In this document: one piece after another, positions 35,796 to 49,938 of the stretch
Layout of the letters: every line of letters starts with the position of its first letter
Numbering within the stretch: position 1 is the stretch's first letter
DNA from: Tubulanus polymorphus
Lineage: Eukaryota; Animalia; Nemertea
Assembly (NCBI RefSeq): GCF_964204645.1
Contig: NC_134025.1
Coordinates: 16,219,101 to 16,283,100 of the forward strand
Direction: 5' to 3'
Length of the DNA stretch: 64,000 bases
The notes under the pieces: generated by a model
The model's input: only the letters and a program-made list of their open reading frames with translations
What the model was told of the DNA's origin: nothing
The model's database searches: none
Program-made: the position numbers and the translations under genes

Positions 35796-38700
35796 TCACA
35801 GTTTTACAATACCCCTGCTTTAACCCTTTCAGTGCTGGCTAATTAATACCCTATTGTGCTGAAGATAATTTGAAAATTCTGAAAAATTCCACCCTAGTGT
35901 ATTGAATCATTTTCTGCGAAAAAACAACGTGGGAGTTTGAGAATGTTGATTACATATTGAGCGCCTATTGTTTTATCGATTACACGAAAATATATTTTTC
36001 TGTAGTTAAAAAACGTCAGATTTCTACATTAGATCTCATGGCTTCAATAGTTTTATAAGTACTTAAGATACAGAAACTTACACTTAAAGATTTGTTCTTA
36101 AGTATACCGGGTTGCATGGGTACGGAATTAATGGAACAACGGTATTTTAAATACTGATTATAGCGTATACGAATTTTACTCGAAACGGAAAAGGGGAATA
36201 ACGTTTGAAAAACAGGAGTAAAAAACACATTAAGATACAATATGTTAAAAAACGCATGACATTATTCCCCATAAGGATTGGCAAAATTTTGAGTTAATTA
36301 TTCAGTACTTGTGTGGAGCAGGACGGTCATTTTGTAACACGCGGACCGCACGCGCGCATTATTCTCCTGGACTCTACCCTTAGTGATGCTGTGAAACCAG
36401 CGCGCTTGTTATTCTAAAAAATTCGACCCATTGCTAAGGAACTGTGCTTTTTGTGGGATTCGAATCCAGTATTCCAATCGGTTTCTACGGAGGAATACGA
36501 ACTAAAAATAACATTTTTCGACAATATTTTGTGAATATTCTTTGTAAATATTCTGAAAATTACACAAAATCATTTTGTTATCCTTCATTCACGTATTTAA
36601 ACTACCCGCGCAACGCGGCCCGCAAGTTTCGACGAAAGTCTGTCAGTGACCGTCATTTTCGTTGCCGCGATTTAGGCAATGCCCATGTGTCCCGGATGTA
36701 AACTACACTTTTTGAGAAGGACGGTATGGAGAAATATAGAAAATTTGAATTTGCCTCATACGTGCGATTAACTTAAGGAGCTTCGAGCTCATAATATCTG
36801 AAGGCGTTTACCACACATGCGCGGCAACAGTAAGTAGGCCTATTTACATTACTACTGCTGCCGTGCGTGCGTGTTTGCAACCGATCGATAAAATACATAC
36901 ACATTCAACGTAGTAGATACAGTGTTTATACAGAATCAGTGTTGCAATGAATATGCATTGAAATGCGATTCGCAACGATAAATAAAAAAGGCACTGAACG
37001 CTTTTACGATTCACTTGATAACCAACCGCGCCGAACCAGTTGAGTGAGATCAACCCCCCCCCCCCTCCCCTCTATACTTTTACATCATTTTTGGACTATT
37101 TGGAAAATTGATGTTTTTCAATAATGAAATCCGCACTACTATTTTACTTCAATGTAACGTTGTTCATCGGCCTTCTAGCCATTTTATGAAACAAAATGCT
37201 CCTTGAAATTTCTTTAAAAATCACCACAAATTTGTCGATTTCTCTTAAATGAACGCGATATTCAAAATTCCATTTCCAACAGATCTTAGCCGCATGATGA
37301 AGCTACATTTTGCACATAAACATAGTAGATTGCACGACTTCGTGTCAAAGTTATAACCTCATTTGTTAGCAAAAATTTGATTTTTGGACCCATTACAACA
37401 TCTCGGGCTATAAAAATTATCCTTTACAATAAATTGTGATAAGAAAATTCGCATTATTAATTATGTCAATTATGCATGTATTTTACCACCAAAGTAAAGT
37501 ATTGACAATAAACTACACATTTTTCAAAGAGAGGTTAGCTGTAGCACTCATAGATATTAAAGTGTAATGCTTTGAACATAGTATATTTGTTAAATGAAAT
37601 TTCTGCAAAATACCTACCACTTAGGGTAAAATCTGGCAGAGCCAAAGGGATTAATGACCTGGCTGGCTTTAAGAAGCAAGGATGTTTTTGTCTAACCTAC
37701 AAAGTAATATCCGTCTTCACGTTTACTCATTACATGAGCATCTTCGCAGATATCCACCAAACCTTCATAATTAGTTCTCATGGTTCAAGGAATAAGCAAT
37801 TTAAAAAAATAAACTTACCTTCCCGACTTTCAAAATAACATCAAGAGCTACATCACATATATGGCTAATACTGCGTGATCTGCAAATCATCAGAAAAGCA
37901 CGGAGGCTTCGGAATGGCATATATAGATTCTGAAGTATACAAATTATTCATCAGATTTGAATGAATTGGAAAACTTATAATTTTTTCGGCCAAAAACACG
38001 GGATATTCCCATCCCTGATTGACCACTAATATCTCCTAGAACTCTGTTCATAAAGAGGTCATATTTCCTTCCAATCAACAAAGCATCACTGGCATTATCT
38101 TTTTTCTCATTCTTTATAAAGTTTCAAGGTGTCCCTTTCACCATATGCATCTTTGCAAGATTTTTATTTTTGGTTAAGGAAGTTTTATGCATACCGGGCC
38201 CGGTATATAAATCAACTTACATTTTTTGGATATGATTTTTTGTCTCAAAAACTCAACTGATAAACCGGAAAATATGGAATATCTCTCAACCATACAAAGG
38301 GTGGTTGTAGCTGGATCCATCCCGAAAATTGCAACTGTGAGATACTACACTACACAGAGATACATAATAAGTACTCCTTAAAACCTGTGACACAACTTGC
38401 TATTTGTACAAAGGATCAAGGTTGCTTCACAAAGAGAGATTATTTACATTCATTTTGTACGATATTTGTTGCATCAGTTGAAATAGCCATGACATTCCAC
38501 TACGTTTTGAGATATATCAAATCATGAGATGGTGATTCAAACTTATTGGTGAACTATTTTGTGAACTAAGTGAATTCCCACATCTGAAGATTCAGGTGTT
38601 CCCTAACAGCTTTTATCAGGTCAAGGATTTCAGGTTTCACTACTTCTGATGATGGCTGTTTTTAATTCCGCTATTCAATTCAGAAATTTTGCTTTTAAAT

Positions 38701-41237
38701 CAAATTATCTCATTTCTCATTTGAGAAATTATGTGTGTATAGCTGTATTGTTACTTAATAATAATAATAATAATAATATATTTTCTTATATAGCGCAGAT
38801 CTAAGAAATAATCGCTGCGCTTCACAATACTTACCAAAATTAAAGTCTCACCAATTACAAGCAACAAGAAATCCATGAGGAAAAGAGTCACCAGACAAAA
38901 TTCCACCCTGAAATTCCAAACACGAATCCAGATTCCAGTTTACAAGCATCTAACATGTTTTTTCTCAATTTTCAAAACAAAGAAAAGTCCTATGGGCTTG
39001 AAGTGTGCGTTATATAATAACCCATTAGCACTCAAGCCACCCGAATCCGCCTGGCACGTTTTTCGTATGCTACAAGAAAATGGTTATATTGGGATTCGAA
39101 CCCAATAGCTGATGATAAACTACACACTTAAGTCCCCGAAATACCAAACAGAGATCAACATCCTCCTATTTTAATTTCTGGAGTATTTCGAGTTTGAACA
39201 TGACACATCCGAGCACTCACTTCAAATCCAAGTAAGTTGGGATGAATTTCGGGGGGCCAAAAGGATACGATTTAGTTGGCCCACCTCATCACATCTTACA
39301 TCATATGAAAGCCTTGACTATTTACTACAAAATAACACTGATTTGAGAGAGCTAATGGGATAAGGCAAGAGGACCATTAGGTCCTGAAAGCACACTCAGT
39401 TCAAATATCATAATTTCAAAGAAAATACCCCCCAAGTACGTTAAAGGTTTACCACATATATCTTCCAACTCTACAAGATACCGTAGACTCTGCCTATACC
39501 AGTACATTTGGGACCTTCATCTTTCTACTGAAGTAGGCGGTTACCAGTTTGAAGAACCGCAACAACTGAACAAGTTCTTTTAGAGATTTGATGATTTACG
39601 TTTCTCTCAAATTCCGCAGCACTAACCTCCATTTTGGTTCAGTCATGATGCACTTTTAAAATAAAAACTATGGCCATGACTGTGCGGTAATAGTACGAGG
39701 GCCTAATCATCCTCCCCCGGCAAAGATTTGAACCTGATGGCATCGAGATTGCCACGGTACGAAACCCTGCCACACTAGACCGAGTGTGCAGCTGCATGCC
39801 CAGGTTGTCATTGGTGCCGCAAGTTTTCGTGTGGCAAAGCTGTGCATGTACCTGTGCACCCGGTCTGGTGTGGCAGGGGTTCGTGCCGTGGCTGAGTGTA
39901 GCGAAGCCATCAGCTTCGAATCCCTGCCGAGGGAGGATGGGGCCTAATATGAACCACTATCTATACTATAAGCGGCTAGGCGTCTTAACTTTGTAATGCG
40001 TAATCTCCGTTCGTGTGGCTTCGATTACCCGTTGAATGGTATGGATTGAAAGAGGATGGTCTGATCTGTGTTTTAGAATCGATTTCGTGCCGATACGATA
40101 AAGTTTAAGTTTACTTTTCGACCATTTAAGTTTGGACAATCCGCGTGACGTCACTACGCGCGATGATCAAAACTAACATTTGAGCATCAGCTGTTGCTCG
40201 GTTTTTGTATAGCCTGCTTGACTACAGAGACGCCGATGACCTCATTCAACTCTCTGCCTACAGGGACGCGGGTGACCTCGCGGGGAATCTAGTAGTAGAG
40301 ATTACTGCGATGTGAGCATCGGCTGTTGCTTGGTTTTCTACAGAGAGGCAGGTGACCTCAATTCGCCTCTGCCTGGGGAATCTAATATGTATTCGAGCTC
40401 ACCACAGCGCCACTTCCTTAAAGATAAGCGTGCCGATCCATTCTTCTAAGAATAACCGAGATTTAAGAGCCTGATTTGTCATTGTTGTCGGATTGAAAGG
40501 TAAGAGCGTCATTCATTGACGGTCACACGATGTAGTTGGGTATTTAGAAGTCATGTTAAAAATCGTTTTCAATTGTTCGGAATGGAAAATGAAACCAATT
40601 CAATACCCATGATCGTGTTACAGTACTCACCCCGGAAAAACAAACCAAAAACATAGTTTACAGCGAAATATTGTAATACTTTTTCTCTTCTTTGATATTT
40701 GTTTCTAATGCCTGACTTATAGTGTAGAATTCATATCCATAAATAAATGTTATATTATTTTTATCCGCACCTTAGTGATTTACTATATTCTGGCAATGGG
40801 GGTATTGATGTAGATGAGTTAGATGGGGAAGAGGGAGGGGAGAAGATTGATAGTATCATAAAACACAGTATTGTAGGATAAAACACACTATTGAAGATCC
40901 AACATGGTTGACAAGTCTAGGTGCAGACAAAAAGGAAAAATGAAGTCAAAATTTTTCGGAATAATGATGACGAATTGAAAGATATTATTGATGAATCTAG
41001 CATTTATACCAGCGGTACAGGATTCCATCCATCAGGAACAATAAGGCAGTTAAATCTTATATTGTACGATTATCGTAACTTTACAAGGTCTTTATATACA
41101 GAATCGTGAGTATGATGTGAGAACTAGGTGTCAGACTAGTTATAGACATGAGAACTCACGAACTAACACCTAGTGACATGTTTGAGAGACACAAATTAAT
41201 TATTGATGAGCACTGACTAGAGCTAATTAATATGTAC

Positions 41238-41827
41238 CGTATTTTCAGGCCAATAAGCCGATTTTCTAGCCTCAGATTTTTACCCAAAATATCGTGATCG
41301 GCTTATTGGGCGGATACGATCTGACATAAAAAATCACTTCCTGATCTATGCCAGTCTAATGCTCTCAATGATCGTCAAAATCAAGAAAAGTGGTCGATAT
41401 TTATTTGAGGTCATTATTTACTACCAATTATAATCTATTTTGAACTATTTTATTTTTACTTTGATTGTTCCATCACCGCACAGCGGCAATGGTATACATT
41501 TATATAACGCGCGAGTTCATCGTACTACCACGTGTCAGTTCATACATTAGTATATATGCAAATCAGCAGTGAGCCGCATACTGCATGTATGGCTGTGTGT
41601 ATAGTAATCAGCTGAGTGAGTCTATATATAGCACAGTCAGGCGATGATAGTATACACAGCACTCTCAGTCAGTCAATTAAGACGAACTAATTGACAAATC
41701 AGTGAATTAAAATCTCTGATGAAGGGCCTCGGCTTATTGGGCGAAGCTTTATGAAATCCATGTATTTAAGGCTAAAAAACTGCCCTCGGCTTATTGGCCG
41801 AGTCGGCTTATTGGACGGAAAATACGG
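41238..41827. mobile_element. pogo-type MITE (complete copy)
   Basis: TA|CCGTATTTTCAGGCCAATAAGCCG .. CGGCTTATTGGACGGAAAATACGG|TA; interior nearly identical to 29071-29611. Confidence 0.8.
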
Positions 41828-42239
41828 TATACATATTGAGTAGTCTGACATGTTGATTACGATTAAAGCACATATTGATACTATATTCATAAGTTATATC
41901 ACATTATTAATATTATCATTATTATCAAGCACTTCATGTAGTAACAGATATGAAATATTATGAACCCTCGGAATAAAATTGTAGATATATTATTATAAAA
42001 TATGTAACTTATATCAGGGTGACAGAAAAAAAGCAGCACCAGCTCCCTAAAGCAGCACCAGCCAAGAAGAAAAGGCTCGACCCTCTCCTGATCGGAAATG
42101 ATAATGATTCTAATCAATCAGATATCGGTGATTATGATGACAAAGATGTTGAAGAAGATTGTGATGATGAAACGGATGAATATGATGAGGCTGATGAGGA
42201 TAACTTGGTTCTTGAAACAACAGATCAAAGAAGGGAAAA

Positions 42240-44842
42240 TGACCGCAACATTTTCGATCAGAAGCCTAATACAGAAACAGGATGAAACTGTCGTTACTTT
42301 TGTAACGAGACTGAGGCGACAGGCCCAGAATTGTGAGTTTGGTTATATCTGCGATTAGCACATCCGCGGTGAAGTCATTGACTGCTGTGTCTCAACGGTG
42401 CCTCGGAGGAGGGCTCTCCAAAGAGGTCAAGGGCAAACCCCCTTAACGTTAAATAAGTTGCTCGAATTAGCCAAGAGTCTAGAAGCAGTGGACCATCATT
42501 CCCGCCAGATGGAAGAGAAAGCAGCTGTTGGCAAAGTCAATCAGATTCATATGCATGGCAACACATCGGAGGTAGGTGAGAAACCTAGACGTGATACCGA
42601 GCAAAGGGTCTAAAACGTAAATGTTTTCGCTGCGGTCGAGAAGGGCCTGAGTCAAAAGATTTAATCTGTCAAGCTAGAGATAAATATGTACCGTAAAAAC
42701 CGGCGTATAAGTCTACGCGGCGTATAAGTCGAGGTCGATTTTTAGACCTACATTTCATGATTTTAACATATATCTGTCGAGGTCGATTTTTAGACCTACA
42801 TTTCATGATTTTAACATATATCTGGCTTATAAGTCGAGTCCCTTCTCTTAGGAGAATAATTACTTGTATCATTATATTGAATAGTTTGTTTTGATAACGA
42901 TGTGCGCCTTCACGCACGCCGCCGCGCGTCAGCCTGATTGCTGCCGTGTGTTAATCAATAGACTGTTACACACACACTCGGGTATAATACACTACCATAC
43001 AGTGAGACAGTAGTGTGAGTCACACGCTATACATAGCCTAATGTACTAAGCGCTGCTATGAGCGCGCATATATAATACATCGTTTTAAATGAAACTGTGT
43101 CAAAATGAAAGAAGTTTTTTTCTTTAAATAACTTTATTTATCATGAATAATTATTCAAACTGTTATAGCAGTGAGAAGATGAACACTGTCTTTTTTGTCT
43201 GGTAGAATCAATATTTCTTGTGACCTGAAAATACTTAGTAGAAAACTGTACTCGGCGTATAGGTCGAGGTCAATAATTTAGTGGTAAAATCAAGGATTAA
43301 AAACTCGACTTATACGCCGGTTTTTACGGTAATCAAATTGGTAGAAGGAAAATAAATGCCAGTTTTGCTGTAGTTGATTTAACTGGTTGTTTTATTGGAC
43401 CAATCGAGGGTCCTACCCCCTAGGAAGCCCCATCGTCATTATTCCGAAAAAGAACGGCTTCTTGGATCTCGTGAACTTTTGCCACCGTTTCATTCCGAAC
43501 CTTGCGACATGTATTGAACCATTACGTAGGTTTAATGCGTCAGGATGAAAAGTTCGTGTGGCGTGACCAACAAGAAGTCTTTCAATGATCTCAAAGACAT
43601 GTAAGTAAAACCGATATTTTAGCCTATTTTCAAAGATGCGCTGACACCAAAATAATTGTGGACGCTAGCCTGGTCAGTTTGGGAGCCATATTGGTTCAAA
43701 TCCAAGATAACACAAAATGCGTAGTAGCTTATGCTAGTCGCAGCCTGACTTGTTGTGAATGCAGATGTTCCCACACTGAAAAAGAGGCTCTCGGAATTGT
43801 GTGGGCGTGTGAACGTTTCCATGCCTACCTTTACGGGACTCAATTTACTATCGCTACAGATCACAAGCCTCTGGTGTTTATGAACCCGGTGAGGTAAAAA
43901 CTGTCTGCCCGTATAGAGCGTTGGGTGTTGCGTTTACAACAATTTGATTTTGCCGTTCGACATATGCTTGGAAAACAGACGACTGCGGACGCGCTGTCCA
44001 GGTTACTGGCTAGATCGAAGCTAGCGAAATGGAAGATAGCAAGACAGAGGACTTTGTGCGTTTTATCGCCCAAGAGACGACACCGTGTGCGTTAAAAATT
44101 CGAGAGAAATTGAGCAAGAATCTGCTGTAGATGAAAACGTTCGAAATTGTGTTTGATCTGGGGATTGGAGAAGCTGCCCCTCGGATTTCAAACCAGTGAG
44201 AAATGAACTGTGCATCGTAGGAAAGTTGCTTTAGCGTGGATGGCGATTTGTCATACCAGAGACTCTGCGTAAACAAGTAGTCCATTTGGCCCACGAGAGA
44301 CACCAAGCCTTGGTCAAAACGAAAGGTTGAGGTCTAAGGTGTGGTGGACATGGCTTGACAGAGACGCTGAATTGCGGTGCCGTTTCTGTCTGAGGTGTCA
44401 ACTTGTGAGCCAGCCATCACACCCGAGCCGTTAAAACGAATTGAATTGCCTACAGCTGCATGACAAGATACTGCTGCTGATTTACTGGGTCTGATGCCTG
44501 GAGGTGAATACGTGCTAGCGGTTGTAGATTGCTTCAGTAGATATTTCGAAGTTGCGATAATGACTGAAATTACATCCGAGAGGGTTATCGAAGAGCTGGA
44601 AAAAATATTTGCCATATTTGGGCTTCCGCTCTGAAAACCGATAACAGTAGACAGTTTGCCTCCAAGGAATTTGAATAGTTCTTGCAAATAAACGGTATTG
44701 AACATCGACTAAGCACTCTGTTGTGGCCACAAGCCATCGGGTAAATTGAAAGGCAAAATCGTTTGATGTTAAAAGCTATGCATATTGCACATGCCGAAAG
44801 GAAAGATTGGAAGCGTGAATTGTATAAGTTCCATTAGCCTAC
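42240..44842 (+). mobile_element. Degenerate Ty3/Gypsy LTR retrotransposon (gag, RNase H, integrase relics)
   Basis: FVTRLRRQAQNCEFG; CFRCG knuckle; DAS..LGAILVQ..AYASRSL..EKEALGIVWACERFH..TDHKPL; VVDCFSRYFEV; many stops and frameshifts. Confidence 0.88.
42691..43329. mobile_element. pogo-type MITE inserted in the Gypsy relic
   Basis: TIR CCGTAAAAACCGGCGTATAAGTC; TA on both sides. Confidence 0.85.
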
Positions 44843-47800
44843 AGGGGCCAGTTGCTCAAAGGTTGGTTAAACTCTTAACCATTGGTTAAATCCCTAACCG
44901 ACGGTTAAACTCTTGACCGTTGGTTAGATTGGGTTGCTAAAAAATTTAACCACTGGTTAAAGTTAAACGAACCATGGGGCTATGTTAAGTTCTTAACCAG
45001 TGGTTAAGAATGGCCAGAGTAGTTTTTTATTGCCTACATATTGCTACAACAGAGTTAATCTACAGCGATTCGAGCATGTAACTCAATTTTCGGATGAATG
45101 TCTAAGAGAAAGATTGCGAGAGAAAGATTGCGTTTTGAAAGAGATTTCATAAACTTTATAGCCGAACTTTTACGCAAGGAGCCAAAGATAGAAGTCACGC
45201 TAGAACCTTTCAACCAAGCATTGCAATCTTTTTCTGAAAAATTGGCTTTTAAAATTTTCTTGTCATTATTAATCAAAACAGACTCCATTTTAATGATATG
45301 AGTGACCAATTTCAGAGTGAGTCTGGGCAAATGAAAAAGAGGCTAACCCGTGAAGAAATGATTTAACTGAAATAGCATTGCCTCTAGTGTGTGTGACAAA
45401 AGCACAAATGAATCCTTTAAAGGAACAGATCACAATGGATTCAACACAACATCAACTATCTCAATACTAAATACTAACAATGTACTCAATAATAATAAAA
45501 CCAAACCTAACTACCTAATAAATCTAAACATAAGAATGCGCTATCAAACGCAACTACACTAAACAAACCCGAATTCCATAGCTAGAAATTGAGTCTGAAT
45601 AAGCGCAGCAAAAATGCTGATAAATGCAAAGAAATATTATGAAATTATTACAGGGATGTGATTTCATTTTTATCAAAAATCCAGAACTCACCTCTTATTG
45701 CAACGAAGCTGCAATCAAGTGAGCGCCGTAGGCGCGAAGCCTCGGGAGGGGGGGTCTGGGGCCCTCCCCCCGAATAATTTTGAATTTTCATTGAGAGCGA
45801 TTTTAGAGCATTTCGGATAAAAACGATGTTCCTAATTCTAACCAGGAAATAGACAAGTGTCGCACGGAGAGTAGGTGTGACAGAAAGTAGTTCTACTGTC
45901 TGTCACACCTACTCTCCGTGCGACTTCTTCAGTGCGTAATTTCGTTAATAATCGGTTTATCTACCTTTATTACGCATCAATTTGTTCAGTGAGGAATTCG
46001 CATTCAGAAATAAACATTAATTTTCACTAAAGTTGTTTTTGTTTTCATTTATGAGCGATAGTTTACTCAGCATACGCTCGCGTAATGCTGAAAAATCCGC
46101 TCCGCGGACGCTCGGAAACGTTACAGTGACGTCATCACCTGCTCATTATCATATCAAAATACAGTAGGTGGCGCCACGTGACGGGCCATAAAAGCCGTTT
46201 TTCAGCATTACGCGAGCGAACACTGTCTATTAATCGCTGGAGGGTCGTCGATCGTCGTCAAATTCTGACAGCAGCGCAACCATCCAGCACAAAAAAAGAC
46301 TTCTGATTGTCCGGTCTTGAACGCTTTTATGCCTTACCGGTACCAATCGTCAGTCAGCAGAGTACCTCACCCCCCCCCCCCCCCCCCCACTCAATGGATC
46401 TGTGCAAATCCCAGGGGGTCAATATTTATTTTGGTCCCAAAGGCCGGAAATCCGGTTTAAGCCGGAAAAATCACATCCCTGTTATTACTTACAACATATT
46501 ACATTCATTCCAAATTGAGTTTCAGTACAGTCCTACCACGACCGGCAACGCCTATAAAGTGACACCCTGCATTCGCTGGCTGAGGCCTTTATACGACGAA
46601 AGCACGGTGCATAGCGGTCACTGGACAAGCTAACAAATAAATACATAGAATTTCAACTTATAAATGAGAACCGCTCAGGCCAACATAATAATAATAGTAG
46701 AATAGATCTATAATAATAGAGATAAGCTTAACTATACAAACCCTAGGAAATAGCATTCACATGTAACATATTTTTCTCTCCTTATAATCACACCTCACTT
46801 AGCTGATCAATGTACAGCAACCTGCTTCCTGTTTAAATTTTCTTCACACATCATCGGGTGAACCAATCAGCGCATTTGCTGTCTTTACACAGTCGCCCTT
46901 CACCTGGTAGCCAATAGGCATGCTTGAAATCTTCAGCCAGAACCTAAGCACGTCACGTGATTAATGGCCGCCAGGGTAATGTGCAAGGTGACTTTTTCGT
47001 ATATTAGTTTGATTTTGAGCTTGAAAGCTCTCCCATCACGTGGATTTTACAAATAAATGAGATTAGCATAACGGTATGACCTGTAGTTTTCAAAAATTGT
47101 ATGGTTTGTTGGGGTTATCTCGAAGATCTCACATAAAATTCATTGTTTGAAGTGAAAAATCTGCCATTTTTGCTGTCCACCATAGAATCTGTACACCTCC
47201 ATTTTGAGCTATCTCCAGTAAATATACGCTGATTTTGTGAGATATTTGGTTATAGGCTCGTTGGAAGCAGAAAGTCTTCTAGTTTGTATAAAAATTTCTA
47301 ATTCCACGTGACTTTTTTAATTTTCAGATCTCAGATTTTTCTGATTTCTTCTTAACTACTTTCAGTATATGATAATAAAGCAATTCTGAGGGCTTTATAC
47401 TAACAGAGATATAGTAAAACTATATATTTTCTGTTTCAGAACAACTCATTCTATCTAAAAAGCTATACTTTTCAAAAATTTTGTTGTCTGGGGTAAGATG
47501 GGGGACCCCAGAAGGCCCCGCCCAGGGTGCGGTTGTACTAAACAAGCCTGTTCTTTTTACAGTAATTAGCCAAGGAAAAAAAAGAGATCAGAGAGGAACT
47601 GATTATAATTCTCCATTTTATCCAAGCTAGGGCTGTTTTTGATCACTGGGAAAAGTTTTGGGGTCCTTGGGTCATCATGATGGTCAATACCTCAAGGTCA
47701 ACGAAAGGTCAAAAAATCATTTTCCAATCAGTCCTCTCTAGTATCCTCTATTGCTGAGTATCCTCTCATGAGCTGAAATAAAGTATTCCTCGAGGTGTCT

Positions 47801-49150
47801 CCGAATATTAAGGGTCTTTGTGACCCCCAAAAATTCCAGGGGGTCCAACTGACAGAAAATCTACAAAAAGTCAGTGAAATTTGAATGACATACTTCACTG
47901 ATGCTACTACGCTACTACGGTATGCGCAGTGTCTAAATGCACTGACATAGGCCTATGTGCTGCATACACAGCTGGTGCTTGTAAGGATATACAAACTGCT
48001 TCAGTGTGTTGCCAAGGCCTCCTCGTGATAACAGATGTAACATGAAGTACAAAGCTCGATGTATATTCCCTCTATAGGGCCATAGCAACACTACCCGTTA
48101 TCTGATGTAACGTGACGCCCATTTCAAAGGTTTGACGACCGTTACTTCCGGTCACGCTTAGCATGGGTAGAGTTACTTCTAGTTAACTTCTAGTGTGTAT
48201 TAAAGCTGATTTCAATTGTGACAAGTCCCTGTGGAAGTGAGCGCTCAGATCTGTCATGTTCATACTCGCAATGCTTAAGAAATTGATATAAGAGGATGTT
48301 GATTTCTGTTCAGTAGTTTGAGTAATTAGGTGTCTAGTTTCTTATAAGCAATTGGGAACAATAGGGAACCTCGACAATAAAGGAATGGGTATTGATAAGG
48401 AAAGCATTTGCACCTGACTAAATATGCATGAAACATTTGAATATTGGTAACACATTAATTTATATAATTCAAGAATATTGCTAGTTGCAACTATCTGCAC
48501 AAAGGTGCTTAGACTACAGAAGCAGTTACTCATAATAGTTACCCATAATGGAAAATAAAAGTTACCTGAGCCATTTTGTTTCTGACAGCTTCCAAAATAC
48601 ATTCCAAGTAAAGTATATGATGTGTAGCGAAAGATCGAGTATGAATAGTAATAGACAGAAAATTTCTCCTGCAAAAATTGCAGCATGACCACTGAAAGAG
48701 TAAGATAAGAGTTAAATTCATTAGTAGGTGTTATCAAATAAACCTGGTTGGTTTCCAATGATTAGTACCTGTCAACATTCTAATTTCTAAATGATGATAA
48801 GAATGATATCATAACTATTTATTAAGTATAGTATGTATACTCTATGCAATAATGGTCATGCCTCATGCTTCTGTCAGACACTCTGAAGATTTGCAAACTT
48901 GGAAATTTTTCCAGTTATTTCTTTACAAAGTGACAAAATACCCTCCATTTGACCCCTATGACTTCTTTTTGACGCAAGTTTCCAGTAAAAACTTATCGCC
49001 TCCTCTAAGACGATATGATGAGACAAGCTTTTCATGACACAACAAGGCTAATCAAGCATGCACCAAAACAGGTTTCCATGACTCGACCCTTACAGTGCAT
49101 CTACACAGCAGTGCGGTGTATAAATAGGTGATGGATTTTGCTAGAACACC

Positions 49151-49938
49151 TACAGGGGTTTGGCGATGGGCTTGGATTTTATTTCCGGGTTGTTGATAAT
49201 CTCGCGAGAATGGCGCTAAATATGAAATGCGAATAAATTCAAAATATCACGGAAATACCTTGTGTTTATATTGTTTATTTATCCGCTATAAAGTTTCGAT
49301 AAACAATTGGTCGTTAAGAATCATTATTAGACGGTCGTCACGCTTTACTATATAAAATCACAAGGGATGAAACGCCAGGCCTCCGCTGTACTTAAATTTT
49401 CAGCCAGAAAGTTGGGACAGTCACGTGACATTCTGATGACGTCATCGCATTTAAAACTTCAACACGAAAAGTTAACATATTCACAGACCAATATCAATTG
49501 TCAGATTATGATTCATATGAAATAAATAACTTATAAAGAATAAATTATGATGAAATATATAATTCATAGTCAAAAAATGCATTTGAATGTAAGTTATTCT
49601 CAAATATTTTTCGTATCATAGTTTCCATCTTATATGCTTCAGGTTCGCGTTCAGTCAAATAAGAAGCGTTAAGTCACGTGACTGTCCCAACTTTCTGGCT
49701 GGCACAACTCTGAAGGCGTTTCATCCCTTGTTATTTTATATAGTAGCGTGACGACCGTCTGATAATGATCCTTAACGACCAATTGTTTATCGGAACTTTA
49801 TAGCGGATAAATAAACAATATAAACACAAGGTATTTCCGTGATATTTTGAATTTATTCGCAGTTCATATTTAGCGCCATTCTCGCGAGATTATCAACAAC
49901 CCAGAAATAAAATCCAAGCCCATCGCCAAACCCCTGTG
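49151..49938. mobile_element. Foldback MITE with ~280-bp TIRs and 8-bp TSD (P-like termini), inserted in a piggyBac MITE (~49087-50163)
   Basis: (T/C)ACAGGGGTTTGGCGATGGG termini; TSD AGAACACC / AGTACACC. The uninterrupted site is seen in the MITE copy at ~4901. Confidence 0.85.

Noticed and set aside
39992-40515. Possible solo LTR with internal direct repeats
   Set aside because: No convincing TG..CA ends with matching TSD or PBS could be defined.
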